Below, piece after piece: positions 1 to 9,128 of a stretch of DNA of 64,000 bases. The first letter of the stretch is position 1, and each line of letters opens with the position of its first letter. This stretch comes from Acidimicrobiia bacterium (GTDB lineage: Bacteria; Actinomycetota; Acidimicrobiia; Spongiisociales; ZC4RG35), in NCBI GenBank assembly GCA_965203555.1, contig CBDBCY010000004.1, positions 2,026,007 to 2,090,006 on the forward strand. The letters run 5' to 3'. Below the pieces are notes generated by a model. The model worked only from the letters and a program-made list of their open reading frames with translations, ran no database searches and was not told the DNA's origin. The position numbers and the translations under genes are program-made.

Positions 1-1905
1 CACGTCCGCATTGGCCAGGGTGGTCACATCTCCAAGCTGCCGCTGTTCGGAGATGTCCTTGAGAAGGCGACGCATGATCTTCCCCGAGCGGGTCTTGGGA
101 AGATCGTGGGTGAAGACGATCGACTTGGGGCTGGCGATCGGCCCGATCACCTGCCTGACGTGGGTCCGCAGTTCCCCTATCAACTGACTATCGCCGGTTT
201 GGGTTCCCCGGAGGGTCACGAAGGCGGCGATGGCCTGCCCGGTGATCTCGTCCTTGCGCCCCACCACGGCCGCCTCGGCGACAGACGGATGGGAGACCAG
301 GGCCGACTCGACCTCGGTGGTGGAGATGTTGTGCCCCGAGACCAACATGATGTCGTCCACCCGGCCCAGCAGCCAGTAGTAGCCCTCCTCGTCCCGTTTG
401 CAGCCGTCCCCGGGGAAGTAACGGCCGGGGAAGCGTGACCAGTAAGTATCGACATAACGATCCGGGTCTCCGTAGATGGTGCGGGCCATGGAAGGCCAGG
501 GCCGGTTGATCACCAGGTACCCACCCCCGCCCAGCGGGACCGAGGCGCCATCGTCGTCCACGACGTCCGCCGATATTCCGGGGAAGGGGAAGGTGGCCGA
601 ACCGGGCTTGGTGGTCACCACTCCCGGAAGGGAAGTGATCATGATGGCGCCGGTTTCGGTCTGCCACCAGGTGTCGACGATGGGACAGTTCTCCCCGCCG
701 ATGTTGCGGTGATACCACATCCAGGCTTCGGGGTTGATAGGCTCGCCCACCGTTCCCAGCACCCGCAACGAAGACATGTCGTGACGAGCGGGGTATTCAT
801 CACCCCATTTCATGAAGGCCCGGATGGCGGTGGGAGCGGTGTAGAAAATGGTGACGCCGTACTCCGCCACGATCGACCACAAACGATCCAAATCGGGATG
901 GTTGGGGGCCCCCTCGTACATGACGCTGGTCGCTCGGTTGGCCAAGGGGCCGTAGACGATGTAGGAGTGGCCCGTCACCCATCCGATGTCCGCCGCGCAC
1001 CAGTAGATGTCATCGTCAGGCTTGAGGTCGAAGACGTAGGAATGGGTGGTCATGACCGAGGTGAGATAGCCGCCCTGGGTGTGGACGATTCCCTTCGGTC
1101 GTCCGGTGGTGCCCGAGGTGTACAGGATGTAGAGGGGATGCTCGGCCCCCAGGCGAGCGGGCTCCAGCTCGGTGGGCTGTCCCTTGACCAGGTCATGCCA
1201 CCAGTGATCCCGGCCTTCGGCCATGTCAACGCGGTTTTCGGTCCTGCGGACCACGACCACCGAGGAAACATCGGGACACCTCTCGAGTGCGACGTCGGTG
1301 TTGTCTTTCAGTGGGACCACGTTCCCGGCTCGCCAGGATCCGTCCTGGGTGATGACCACACGGGCGTCGGCGTCGAGGATCCGATCGGCCAGGGAGTCGG
1401 AAGAGAAACCCCCGAACACCACCGAGTGCACCGCCCCGAGCCGAGCGCAGGCCAGCATGGCCACCGGCAGTTCGGGGATCATGCCCATGTAGATGGCAAT
1501 CCGATCTCCCTTCCTGACCCCCAGGCCCACCAAGGCATTGGCGAACTGGCATACCTGGTTGTAGAGGTCCCGGTAGGTGATGGTGAGAGTGTCGCCGGGC
1601 TCACCGACCCAGTGATATGCCACCTGGTCGCCGTGGTCGGTCAGATGGCGGTCCAGACAGTTATAGGACAGATTGACTTCCCCGTCCTCGAACCACTTGT
1701 AGAAGGGCGGATTCTCGTCGTTGAGAACCTGGGTGGGCTTAGTGAACCAGTCGATCCGTTCGAGAGCCTGGGTCCGCCAGAAATCGAGCCAGGCAGCGTC
1801 GGCCTCGGCGTGGACGCCCTCCCGGGCGTTGGCTTGGGCGGCGAATTCGGCGGAGGGAGGAAAGGTCCTCTCCTCGATCAGCAGGTTCTCCAGGGTTTCC
1901 GCCAT
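1..1905 (-). CDS. acs: Acetyl-CoA synthetase (AMP-forming), 3'-truncated at the window edge
   Basis: The reverse-complement reading gives the N-terminus MAETLENLLIEERTFPPSAEF... and, at the window edge, ...PKTRSGKIMRRLLKDISEQRQLGDVTTLANADV, which is the canonical Acs C-terminus. ATG at 1905 is preceded by GGAG. The 6-frame track has no matching minus ORF because there is no in-window stop. The + strand ORF 709..1968 is the antisense artifact. Confidence 0.9.
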   Translation of the reverse strand, partial: MAETLENLLIEERTFPPSAEFAAQANAREGVHAEADAAWLDFWRTQALERIDWFTKPTQVLNDENPPFYKWFEDGEVNLSYNCLDRHLTDHGDQVAYHWVGEPGDTLTITYRDLYNQVCQFANALVGLGVRKGDRIAIYMGMIPELPVAMLACARLGAVHSVVFGGFSSDSLADRILDADARVVITQDGSWRAGNVVPLKDNTDVALERCPDVSSVVVVRRTENRVDMAEGRDHWWHDLVKGQPTELEPARLGAEHPLYILYTSGTTGRPKGIVHTQGGYLTSVMTTHSYVFDLKPDDDIYWCAADIGWVTGHSYIVYGPLANRATSVMYEGAPNHPDLDRLWSIVAEYGVTIFYTAPTAIRAFMKWGDEYPARHDMSSLRVLGTVGEPINPEAWMWYHRNIGGENCPIVDTWWQTETGAIMITSLPGVVTTKPGSATFPFPGISADVVDDDGASVPLGGGGYLVINRPWPSMARTIYGDPDRYVDTYWSRFPGRYFPGDGCKRDEEGYYWLLGRVDDIMLVSGHNISTTEVESALVSHPSVAEAAVVGRKDEITGQAIAAFVTLRGTQTGDSQLIGELRTHVRQVIGPIASPKSIVFTHDLPKTRSGKIMRRLLKDISEQRQLGDVTTLANADV

Positions 1906-2077
1906 GGTGCGCTCCTTTGTCGTTTCTTGACTCGCTCCCCGAACAGGGGCGCTGAATCCGTTGGATAGGCCGATGATTTCCCGATATGACCATGGTAGGT
2001 GACAAATCGGCCGGTCGCGTTGTTCCCACCCGTGAAGTAACAAGGCAAGTGTTTGTCAACTGCTGCCGGTCTTGGGA

Positions 2078-2449
2078 TTACCACCAGTCCGATCGGTCTG
2101 CTTCATCCTCTCGGATCCGGCGCGTCTGCGCGTCAACTGCAACGACCCTCTCTTCCTGCCGCGCCATCTCCCGGGCGGTCCTGGTTTGCACATTTGCCAC
2201 AGCCTGGTGGGTCCTGGCTTGCTGATCTGCCGTTGCCCGATTCACTTCTACCTGGAGGCCGGTGGCTACTCGGAGGCGCCCTTCATCAGGATCCGCCCGG
2301 TTGGCGCGACGAGCGGGCGGCCTCGTGGGCTCGTCGTGACCGCCTGTTCGCCTCCCGACGGGACGGAACAACAGGTAGACCGCAAGGAAAAGCAGCACTT
2401 GGACCAATGTGAACGTCATCGGCGGAACGCTAGAGATGCGGTGTGACAA
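2078..2449 (-). CDS. Hypothetical small protein, possibly membrane-anchored (internal start MTFTLVQVLLFLAVYLLF...)
   Basis: An ORF between lnt and acs on the same strand with a hydrophobic N-terminal segment. Codon bias is weak and there is no recognisable homology. Confidence 0.2.
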   Translation of the reverse strand: MSHRISSVPPMTFTLVQVLLFLAVYLLFRPVGRRTGGHDEPTRPPARRANRADPDEGRLRVATGLQVEVNRATADQQARTHQAVANVQTRTAREMARQEERVVAVDAQTRRIREDEADRSDWW

Positions 2450-2504
2450 AGAACGACCCGGGACGCCTGCGGCCTCCGGCGGGAGAGGGGCCGAGTTGTT
2501 GCCG

Positions 2505-4019
2505 CTAACGACGGAGGCTGGGATAGCGGTGGCGGAACCGTGAATGGAGCAATTCGCCGATCAATGCCAATATCGACAGAAGCTGCAACCAGTCTCCCAG
2601 CCTGACGTAAAGGGTCGGGCCCTGGTCCGCGGCTCTGGTCTGTGTCTCCCCGATCAGCAGCGCCTCTTCGGCGAGGGGGGTGCGGGGACCGGTTTCCCCG
2701 CCATGTGTTATGAGGGTGGACCGGCCTGTCACCGCCGTGTGGATCAAGGGCATGCCCAGTTCGGCGGCCCGCATGCTGGTGATGCCGATGAACTGGTCCG
2801 AGGCGACCGACCTGGGGTAGCTTTCCTGGCTGGTGGCGAGTATCAGCAGCCCGGCGCCTTCCCGGGCGTTCTCCCGGCCATAACGGGCGAATGATCCTTC
2901 GAAGGAGATCACCGAGCCGAAGAGACCGAAACCCAGGTCCCAAAGTACCGGACCGTCTCCGCGAACCATGTCGCGGGTAGGCAGGTCCGCATGGAGGTTC
3001 TCCACCCACTTGAACCAGGATCTGGCGGGGATGTATTCGCCGTAGGGAACCGGATGCTGTTTGTGATACTCACTGACGATCGTTCCCGTTTGGTCGAACA
3101 CCACGTTGGCGTTGACCCAATCGGTGTCGTTCAGAGGCCGGTCCCCTCCGGCCAGCAGGACGGTGCCGATTCGGGCCGCTTCGGCGCCCATGGCCTCTCC
3201 CACCTCCGGAGCGTTGATGGGATCGGCCGTCCATGAACCGGTTGAACCCTCGGGCCAGATCACCAGGTCCACACTCCCTGGTTCCAGGGTGCGGGTTATC
3301 CGCAGATGGTTCTGATAGGTCTGGTAGCGTTCGTTGGCGCAGTGCGTTCCCGGACACGGGTTGTTGCCCTGCACCACGGCCACCCGGACCACCTCCCCTT
3401 CAACCTGGGGTGGCCACAGAGCGCCGCTCACCAGCAGGAAGACCACCGCCACCGCCACGCCTCCGGCGATGCGGGCGGAGGCCGCCAGTCGGAAGCGGCG
3501 GGAAGTCAGCAGGACCAGGGCGGCGGCGGCAGCGACCATCATTACCGTCCAGCCCGAGGCTCCGATCCAACGCGCTGCACCGCGGGGCGGCGCCCAGGCG
3601 CTCAGGGCATAGCCGGACATTCCCCATTCCAGTCCTCCCAGGGGCCACCGCACCCGGATCCATTCCATCAGCGACCATCCGCCCACCGCCCTGATAAACC
3701 ATCGGGAAGCCGACAGATCGGTGGCCACGGCCATGAAGACGGCGTACAGAGTAGGCCAAACCGACAGGACCACCACGGGGGGTATGAGCGCGATGAATCC
3801 CAGTTCCCCCAGCCAGGGCATGAGGAACCCGAAAAAGCAGAGCCCGAACACGAAACCGGCCAGCACCGCCGACGGAACCGTTTGAAGTCGCCTGGTTTGC
3901 AAAAGGAACAGTGCGATGGCAGGGACGGCTATCCACCACCAGCCCCGAGGCGGGAAAGCCAGTGACAAAGCAACTCCGGCGACGGCCGAGAGCAGGATGG
4001 GAGGGACGCGTTCGGTCAT
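2505..4019 (-). CDS. lnt: Apolipoprotein N-acyltransferase (CN-hydrolase domain)
   Basis: Multi-TM N-terminal region followed by a CN-hydrolase domain (VVRVAVVQGN..., IWPEGSTG, PYGEYIP). The likely start is ATG at 4019 (MTERVPPILLSAVAG...), preceded by AAGGTGGA. The track ORF's upstream 38 aa have no RBS. Confidence 0.85.
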   Translation of the reverse strand: MTERVPPILLSAVAGVALSLAFPPRGWWWIAVPAIALFLLQTRRLQTVPSAVLAGFVFGLCFFGFLMPWLGELGFIALIPPVVVLSVWPTLYAVFMAVATDLSASRWFIRAVGGWSLMEWIRVRWPLGGLEWGMSGYALSAWAPPRGAARWIGASGWTVMMVAAAAALVLLTSRRFRLAASARIAGGVAVAVVFLLVSGALWPPQVEGEVVRVAVVQGNNPCPGTHCANERYQTYQNHLRITRTLEPGSVDLVIWPEGSTGSWTADPINAPEVGEAMGAEAARIGTVLLAGGDRPLNDTDWVNANVVFDQTGTIVSEYHKQHPVPYGEYIPARSWFKWVENLHADLPTRDMVRGDGPVLWDLGFGLFGSVISFEGSFARYGRENAREGAGLLILATSQESYPRSVASDQFIGITSMRAAELGMPLIHTAVTGRSTLITHGGETGPRTPLAEEALLIGETQTRAADQGPTLYVRLGDWLQLLSILALIGELLHSRFRHRYPSLRR

Positions 4020-4049
4020 GGATCCACCTTGTCCTGTCAGGCTACCCGG

Positions 4050-4871
4050 ATGGCGAAACCAAGTATTCTGTGTCCAGTGAACAAGGCCCACATTGGAAGC
4101 GATCTGGAGCTGGCGCTGGCGGTTGCCCGCCACGCGGCGCGGCGGCTGAGGGAGGCCCTGGGCAAAAGCGCCGAAGTGGAATTCAAGGGGCAGGTGGACC
4201 CTGTCACCGAGGTGGATCGGAGGGTGGAAACCGAGATACGACAGATGTTGGAAGCCCAGCGTCCTGCCGACGCCATCGTGGGAGAGGAAGAGGGCGGGAT
4301 TCTCTCTTCACAGGGACGGGCTTGGATCATCGATCCCCTGGACGGCACGGTCAACTTCATACACGGCTTGGCGCCGGTCAGCGTGTCGGTTGCGCTGTGG
4401 GAGAACCGATCTCCGATGGTGGGGGTGGTGATCGAGGCCATCCACCGGGAGGAATTCACCGCGGCGCGTGGCCAGGGAGCTTGGCGGGGCGGCCAGCCGA
4501 TCGCGGTCAGTTCCAACGAACGACTCTCCCAGGCGCTGGTCGGCACCGGTTTCCCCTATGATCGGCAGGAGCGGGCCTTCGAGTACGCCGCATTGCTGGG
4601 GGCGGTTCTCGCCAAATGCCAGGGAGTTAGGCGGAGGGGATCGGCGGCTTTGGATCTCTGCTACGTGGCCGACGGCAGATTCGACGCCTTTTGGGAACAG
4701 GGACTGGCGATCTGGGACGTGGCTGCCGGGATTCTGATCGTTGAGGAGGCAGGGGGTAGGGTAACCGGTCTGGATGGAGGACAGGTCCCATTGGACGGAT
4801 CGATGGTGGTTGCCACCAACGGCGTCATACATGACCCGTTCGGACAGGTGCTGGCCCGGGCGGTGAACTGA
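4050..4871 (+). CDS. Inositol monophosphatase family protein (SuhB/ImpA-like)
   Basis: IMPase motifs: EEEGG, IIDPLDGT, WENRSP..., WDVAAGILIVEEAGG. The start is ambiguous among TTG 4029, ATG 4050 and GTG 4077. The gene is divergent from lnt with only 9 bp between the outermost candidate starts. Confidence 0.8.
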   Translation: MAKPSILCPVNKAHIGSDLELALAVARHAARRLREALGKSAEVEFKGQVDPVTEVDRRVETEIRQMLEAQRPADAIVGEEEGGILSSQGRAWIIDPLDGTVNFIHGLAPVSVSVALWENRSPMVGVVIEAIHREEFTAARGQGAWRGGQPIAVSSNERLSQALVGTGFPYDRQERAFEYAALLGAVLAKCQGVRRRGSAALDLCYVADGRFDAFWEQGLAIWDVAAGILIVEEAGGRVTGLDGGQVPLDGSMVVATNGVIHDPFGQVLARAVN

Positions 4872-4887
4872 TTAGAGCGAAGAGGGA

Positions 4888-6867
4888 GTGACTATGGGAG
4901 AATCCACAGCCCAGATATTCGATTACACCGGGATTACCGCGGAGCGGATCGAGGAAATCAGCGCAGCCGCCGTGGCGGATGCCGAACTCTTGCGGTCGCA
5001 GATTCTGGAAGCCGGACTTCCTCGCACCTTCCGGAACACCCTTGCTCCTCTCGAGAGGGTGGGGGAGGTGTTCAGCACAGCTTTTGGCGAGGCCGGGTTC
5101 ATGGGCTATGTCCACACCGACCCGGAAGCCAGAACGGCGGGTCGCGCCTGCGCCGAGCGGCTCTCGAAGTGGCAAACAGAACTCATCTTCCACCCGGAGC
5201 TTTACCAGGCCGTGGAGGAATTCGCCGGCACCGAAGAGGCGGCTGCCCTGTCGGGAGAACGCGCCCGGTTGCTGGAGTTCGTTCGCAGGGATCTCAAGAA
5301 GGCGGGGCACCATCTTCCGGCCGAGTCCCAGGCGCGCGTCAAGGAACTCACCCAGCGTCTAATCGAACTTGGGGTTGCTTTCTCCCAGAACATCGCGGAA
5401 TACGACGACGCTCTGGAGGTTTCCCGTGAGGACCTGGACGGGTTGCCGGCGTCTTATATCGATTCTCTTCCACCTGCCGAGGGGGAAGGGCGGCTTCGGG
5501 TGACGATGGCCTATCCCCATGTCGTGCCCTTCATGGAAAACGCTCATCGCCGGGACCTGCGCCAGAGCCTCATTAAGAAATTCAACAACCGGGCGGTGGA
5601 CAGCAATCGGCCGATCCTGGAAGAGGCGGTGGCAATCCGCCTGGAAATAGCGTCCCTGTTCGATGAGCCTTCCTGGGCTCATCACCGCCTTTCCGAGCGG
5701 ATGGCCAAAACACCGGAGACAGTGGAGCAGTTTTACGAATTGCTGCTGGCGCCGCTCCGTACCGCTGGTCGCCGCGAGCTCGATCGGATCACGGCAATGC
5801 TCGAAGCCGACAACGAGGAGGGCCCTGCCCAGGTGTGGGATTGGCGGTACTACGACAATCAGATCCGACGGACCGAGTACGGAGTAGACCAGATGGAGGT
5901 GGCGGGGTACTTTCCGCTTTTCCAGGTAGTGGAAGGGATGCTGGATCTCACCGGAGAAGTCTTCGGACTCCGATACCGAGGGGTGGATGCGCCGGTCTGG
6001 CACGAGGATGTGATTACGTATGAGGTCCTCGACCGGGCTTCGGGTGAGCCCATCGCCCACTTCCACATGGACCTGTTTCCCAGAGAGGGCAAGTTCAGTC
6101 ATGCCGCGGCATTCCCCTTGGTGGGAGGGCGTTTACTGGAGGACGGGTCTTACCATCGGCCGCGTTCCTGCATAGTGGCCAATTTCACCCCGCCGCTCGA
6201 GGGAACACAGGCACTGCTGCAGCATTCGGAAGTGGTGACCCTCTTTCATGAATTCGGGCATATCCTCCACCAGATTCTCACTCGCGCCGAACTCGGGCGC
6301 TTCTCGGGATCCAGCACAGAGTGGGATTTCGTGGAGGCGATCAGTCAGATCATGGAGAATTGGACCTGGCAGCCTCAGATCTTGGCGCGGTTCGCCTTCC
6401 ATCATGAAACCGGTGAACCCCTGCCCGCCGAACTCCTGGAGAGGCTCACCGGCGCCCAATTGTTGAATATTGCTATCTCAAAACTTCGCCAGGCGAGCTT
6501 CGGGCAGTTGGACATGGCTCTGCACGGCCCCGACCGTGACAAGGACATCGACGAGATACTGGATCGCACCACCAAGGTGTCGCTCTTTCCCCGGCAGGAA
6601 GGGACCTTTTCACCGGCCAGCTTCGGTCACCTCATGGGTGGATACGACGCTGGGTACTACGGCTATTTGTGGTCGGAGGTGTTCGGGGACGACATGTGGA
6701 GGCGTTTCGAGGAAGAGGGAATCACCAACCCGGCGGTGGGCATGGCTTACCGGCGGGAGGTATTGGAGGTGGGGGGCTCCCGCGACGCGATCGACACGCT
6801 CCGCGCCTTTCTGGGAAGGGAGCCCGACAACAGCGCCTTCCTTCGCAAACTCGGAATTGACGGGTAA
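4888..6867 (+). CDS. M3 family zinc metallopeptidase (oligopeptidase A / peptidyl-dipeptidase Dcp-like)
   Basis: 659 aa with the HEXXH zinc motif in LFHEFGHILHQIL and the M3 family length and architecture. RBS AGAGGGAG precedes the start. Confidence 0.9.
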   Translation: MTMGESTAQIFDYTGITAERIEEISAAAVADAELLRSQILEAGLPRTFRNTLAPLERVGEVFSTAFGEAGFMGYVHTDPEARTAGRACAERLSKWQTELIFHPELYQAVEEFAGTEEAAALSGERARLLEFVRRDLKKAGHHLPAESQARVKELTQRLIELGVAFSQNIAEYDDALEVSREDLDGLPASYIDSLPPAEGEGRLRVTMAYPHVVPFMENAHRRDLRQSLIKKFNNRAVDSNRPILEEAVAIRLEIASLFDEPSWAHHRLSERMAKTPETVEQFYELLLAPLRTAGRRELDRITAMLEADNEEGPAQVWDWRYYDNQIRRTEYGVDQMEVAGYFPLFQVVEGMLDLTGEVFGLRYRGVDAPVWHEDVITYEVLDRASGEPIAHFHMDLFPREGKFSHAAAFPLVGGRLLEDGSYHRPRSCIVANFTPPLEGTQALLQHSEVVTLFHEFGHILHQILTRAELGRFSGSSTEWDFVEAISQIMENWTWQPQILARFAFHHETGEPLPAELLERLTGAQLLNIAISKLRQASFGQLDMALHGPDRDKDIDEILDRTTKVSLFPRQEGTFSPASFGHLMGGYDAGYYGYLWSEVFGDDMWRRFEEEGITNPAVGMAYRREVLEVGGSRDAIDTLRAFLGREPDNSAFLRKLGIDG

Positions 6868-6951
6868 TCATCGCTTTGTCTCCAACCCCTAGAACTTGGC
6901 CGGGGGCCTGATCACTACTGCCCGTTGATCGCCTATGGTCGAGTCGGAGGC

Positions 6952-7653
6952 TCAGGACTCCAATTCGATGCCTCCGAACAGGCAGGTCCCGGTTATCGTG
7001 AGCCGGCCTGCGGCGGTGCCGGGAGACGGTGGGGAACGATCATCGTCGACGCCGCCGAATAAATTGGTGGTTCGAACATCAACGATCCAACCGTCGGGGA
7101 CGCGAATCGAAACGCCGCCGAATACCGCCGTGACGTCCAGGGTGGCTTCGCCGGCGGCGAGGCCCGCGTCCAGCAGGTTTAACTTGGAACCACCGAACAC
7201 GCAGGTAATCCGGCCGCCCGAGAAGTTGTGATCCGTGACTCTTCGTCTGTCTTCTCTGAAGACGGTGGTGACGTCCAATTCGCCCGGTACGGAATTGTCG
7301 TCAAGATAGGGTTCGGGCGCCTGTCGGGCCCTTTTCCTCTTCCGGCTCAACAGCATCTTTGCTCCCACCAGGATCAGGACCACCGGCCAGAACCGCCAGA
7401 TGTCCCCAATGGTGTACTCCCAAACATCCTGTGTATCCAGGAGGAAGAACACGCCCAAGGCGATCAGCACCAGGCCCCCGAACCAGGAGCGGTTCCGTGC
7501 CATGTTCCAGAGTCCCACCGCGATCAGGATGGCGGGCCACCATCCACCCCACGGGATGTTCCAATCGGTGAGATTCTCCAAAAGGAACACGACACCGATG
7601 ACGAGGAACGCCAATCCGACGACAACTCGGCGGCCTCGATCAGATTTTGCCAT
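6952..7653 (-). CDS. LiaF-like (DUF2154/toast-rack) membrane protein
   Basis: N-terminal Trp-rich TM helices (DWNIPWGGWWPAILIAVGLW) and a C-terminal repetitive beta-solenoid segment (FGG...FGG...FGG). The start is ATG 7653 (MAKSDRGRR...) with AAGGAG 8 nt upstream. Confidence 0.6.
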   Translation of the reverse strand: MAKSDRGRRVVVGLAFLVIGVVFLLENLTDWNIPWGGWWPAILIAVGLWNMARNRSWFGGLVLIALGVFFLLDTQDVWEYTIGDIWRFWPVVLILVGAKMLLSRKRKRARQAPEPYLDDNSVPGELDVTTVFREDRRRVTDHNFSGGRITCVFGGSKLNLLDAGLAAGEATLDVTAVFGGVSIRVPDGWIVDVRTTNLFGGVDDDRSPPSPGTAAGRLTITGTCLFGGIELES

Positions 7654-7803
7654 CTCTTCTCCTTGTCTCCTGTTTCTTCCGGCCGATGGTAGGGGAAGCA
7701 GAGCACAACATAATCGGGGGATGACCGCGCGGGCGGACTCGGGCAAGCGCCGTTCTCAACCCCTGCCTTTGCTTGAAGGCAGGCCAAAAAGAGTGGCAAA
7801 ATC

Positions 7804-7847
7804 TTTTGTAAAGGTGTTTGACAAATAGGTTGTAGTGCACTTACACT
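7804..7847 (+). promoter_or_regulatory. Candidate sigma70-type promoter (TTGACA 7818-7823, TACACT 7842-7847) overlapped by inverted repeat TTTGTAAA-N5-TTTGACAAA (7804-7825)
   Basis: An AT-rich patch in an otherwise 65% GC window, sitting 75 bp upstream of the ROK regulator and its operon. The near-palindrome (8 of 9 positions) overlaps the -35 box. Confidence 0.4.
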
Positions 7848-7922
7848 GCAATTTCAAACCCACACGGGAGCCTCCGACCTCCCTTGCCAACGGCCTTTAG
7901 GAGCGAAAGGTATGGAAAGCCA

Positions 7923-9128
7923 GTGATCGAAGAGTCGGGTTCCGGCATGCTTCGACTCCGAAACGGTCAGGCCGTTTTCGACCACTTTGTCGAAGCCGGC
8001 AGCCAAACCATCTCCCGGGCCGAACTTGCCCGCCTGACCGGACTGTCAAAGCCCACGGTGAACGCGCTGGTGTCCGACCTGGAGAAGTCGGGAGTGGTGA
8101 AACTGATTCCCTCCGTCCAGACCCGCGGCCGGATCGGTAGGCCGGCGGCTTCTTACCAATTGGCGGCTGACGCGGCCATGGTGGTGGGTGTCGACATGGG
8201 AGCAACGAAGACCCTGGTGGGAGTCGCGGATCTGCTGGGAGAGGTGATAGCCGTGGAGCGGATCGAGACCGCACCCCACGCAAGGGCGGCGGTTGACGGG
8301 GTGGTGGCCACCACACGTCGTCTGCTGGAGGGCCTTGGGGAGCGGGCTTGCCGGCTCGAGGGCGCCTGTGTAGGAGTTCCGGGCGTCTACCGGCCCGAGT
8401 TGGACCGAGTGGAAATGGCGCCCAACCTGCCGGGGTTCGGGGATCTGGCGATCGCGGCGGAGTTGTCGAGGCAACTGGGGATTCCGGTGAGCATTGAAAA
8501 CGACGTCAATCTGGCCACTGTGGGAGAGGCGAATGCCATGACCGGGGAGGGGGTAAGGGATTTTGCGGCCATCTCGATCGGAACCGGGATCGGTATGGGG
8601 ATGGTCCTGGACGGGGAACTTTATAGAGGCGCCCATGGGGCGGCCGGCGAGATCGGGTCGGTAAAGCTTCCCCGGGTGGGCGGTGACGTGTTTCACGCTC
8701 TCACGCTGGAGGACGTGGCGTCGGCGCCGGCTATCCGCAAACTGTTTCACCGAGCGGTCGAGGCCGGGCATCGTACCGGTTTGAACGGTGACGTCGACGT
8801 GCCCGCCATTTTCTCCGCTTCGGCCCAGGGGGACGAGGCAGCGAGGGCGGCGCTTCGCATAGCGGCCGACTCGGTCGCTTTTGCAACGTCCTACTTCTGC
8901 TGGGTAAATGACCCCGCCCTGGTGGTGTTCGGGGGAGGCGTAGGCGCCAATCCCGTTTTTGTGGAGGCGGTAAGAGCGCGGATCGGACGCTACCTGACGG
9001 TGGTTCCGGAACTGGTGCCTTCCACTATCGGTGGACAAGCCGCATTTTTGGGGGCGGTCTCCACGGCGCTCTCCTCGGTGCACAAGTCGTTGGTCACCAG
9101 GCGACTGGGACGAAGGAGCGGGAGATGA
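7923..9128 (+). CDS. ROK family transcriptional regulator (N-terminal wHTH + sugar-kinase-like domain)
   Basis: HTH segment ISRAELARLTGLSKPTVNALVSDLEKSGVV followed by the ROK fold (MVVGVDMGATKT..., GIGMGMVLDGELYRGAHGAAGEIG). Start uncertain: TTG 7884, GTG 7923 or ATG 7944. Confidence 0.8.
   Translation: MIEESGSGMLRLRNGQAVFDHFVEAGSQTISRAELARLTGLSKPTVNALVSDLEKSGVVKLIPSVQTRGRIGRPAASYQLAADAAMVVGVDMGATKTLVGVADLLGEVIAVERIETAPHARAAVDGVVATTRRLLEGLGERACRLEGACVGVPGVYRPELDRVEMAPNLPGFGDLAIAAELSRQLGIPVSIENDVNLATVGEANAMTGEGVRDFAAISIGTGIGMGMVLDGELYRGAHGAAGEIGSVKLPRVGGDVFHALTLEDVASAPAIRKLFHRAVEAGHRTGLNGDVDVPAIFSASAQGDEAARAALRIAADSVAFATSYFCWVNDPALVVFGGGVGANPVFVEAVRARIGRYLTVVPELVPSTIGGQAAFLGAVSTALSSVHKSLVTRRLGRRSGR

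Noticed and set aside
709-1968. 419-aa + strand ORF
   Set aside because: It lies entirely antisense to the clearly homologous acs gene. It is Gly/Asp/Val-rich with no codon bias and is a typical high-GC shadow ORF.
3306-3965. Several 150-220-aa ORFs on the + strand (3233-3694, 3306-3965, 3334-3612) and 3400-3939 on the minus strand
   Set aside because: They are antisense or off-frame shadows of lnt, with Arg/Pro/Gly-rich low-complexity translations.
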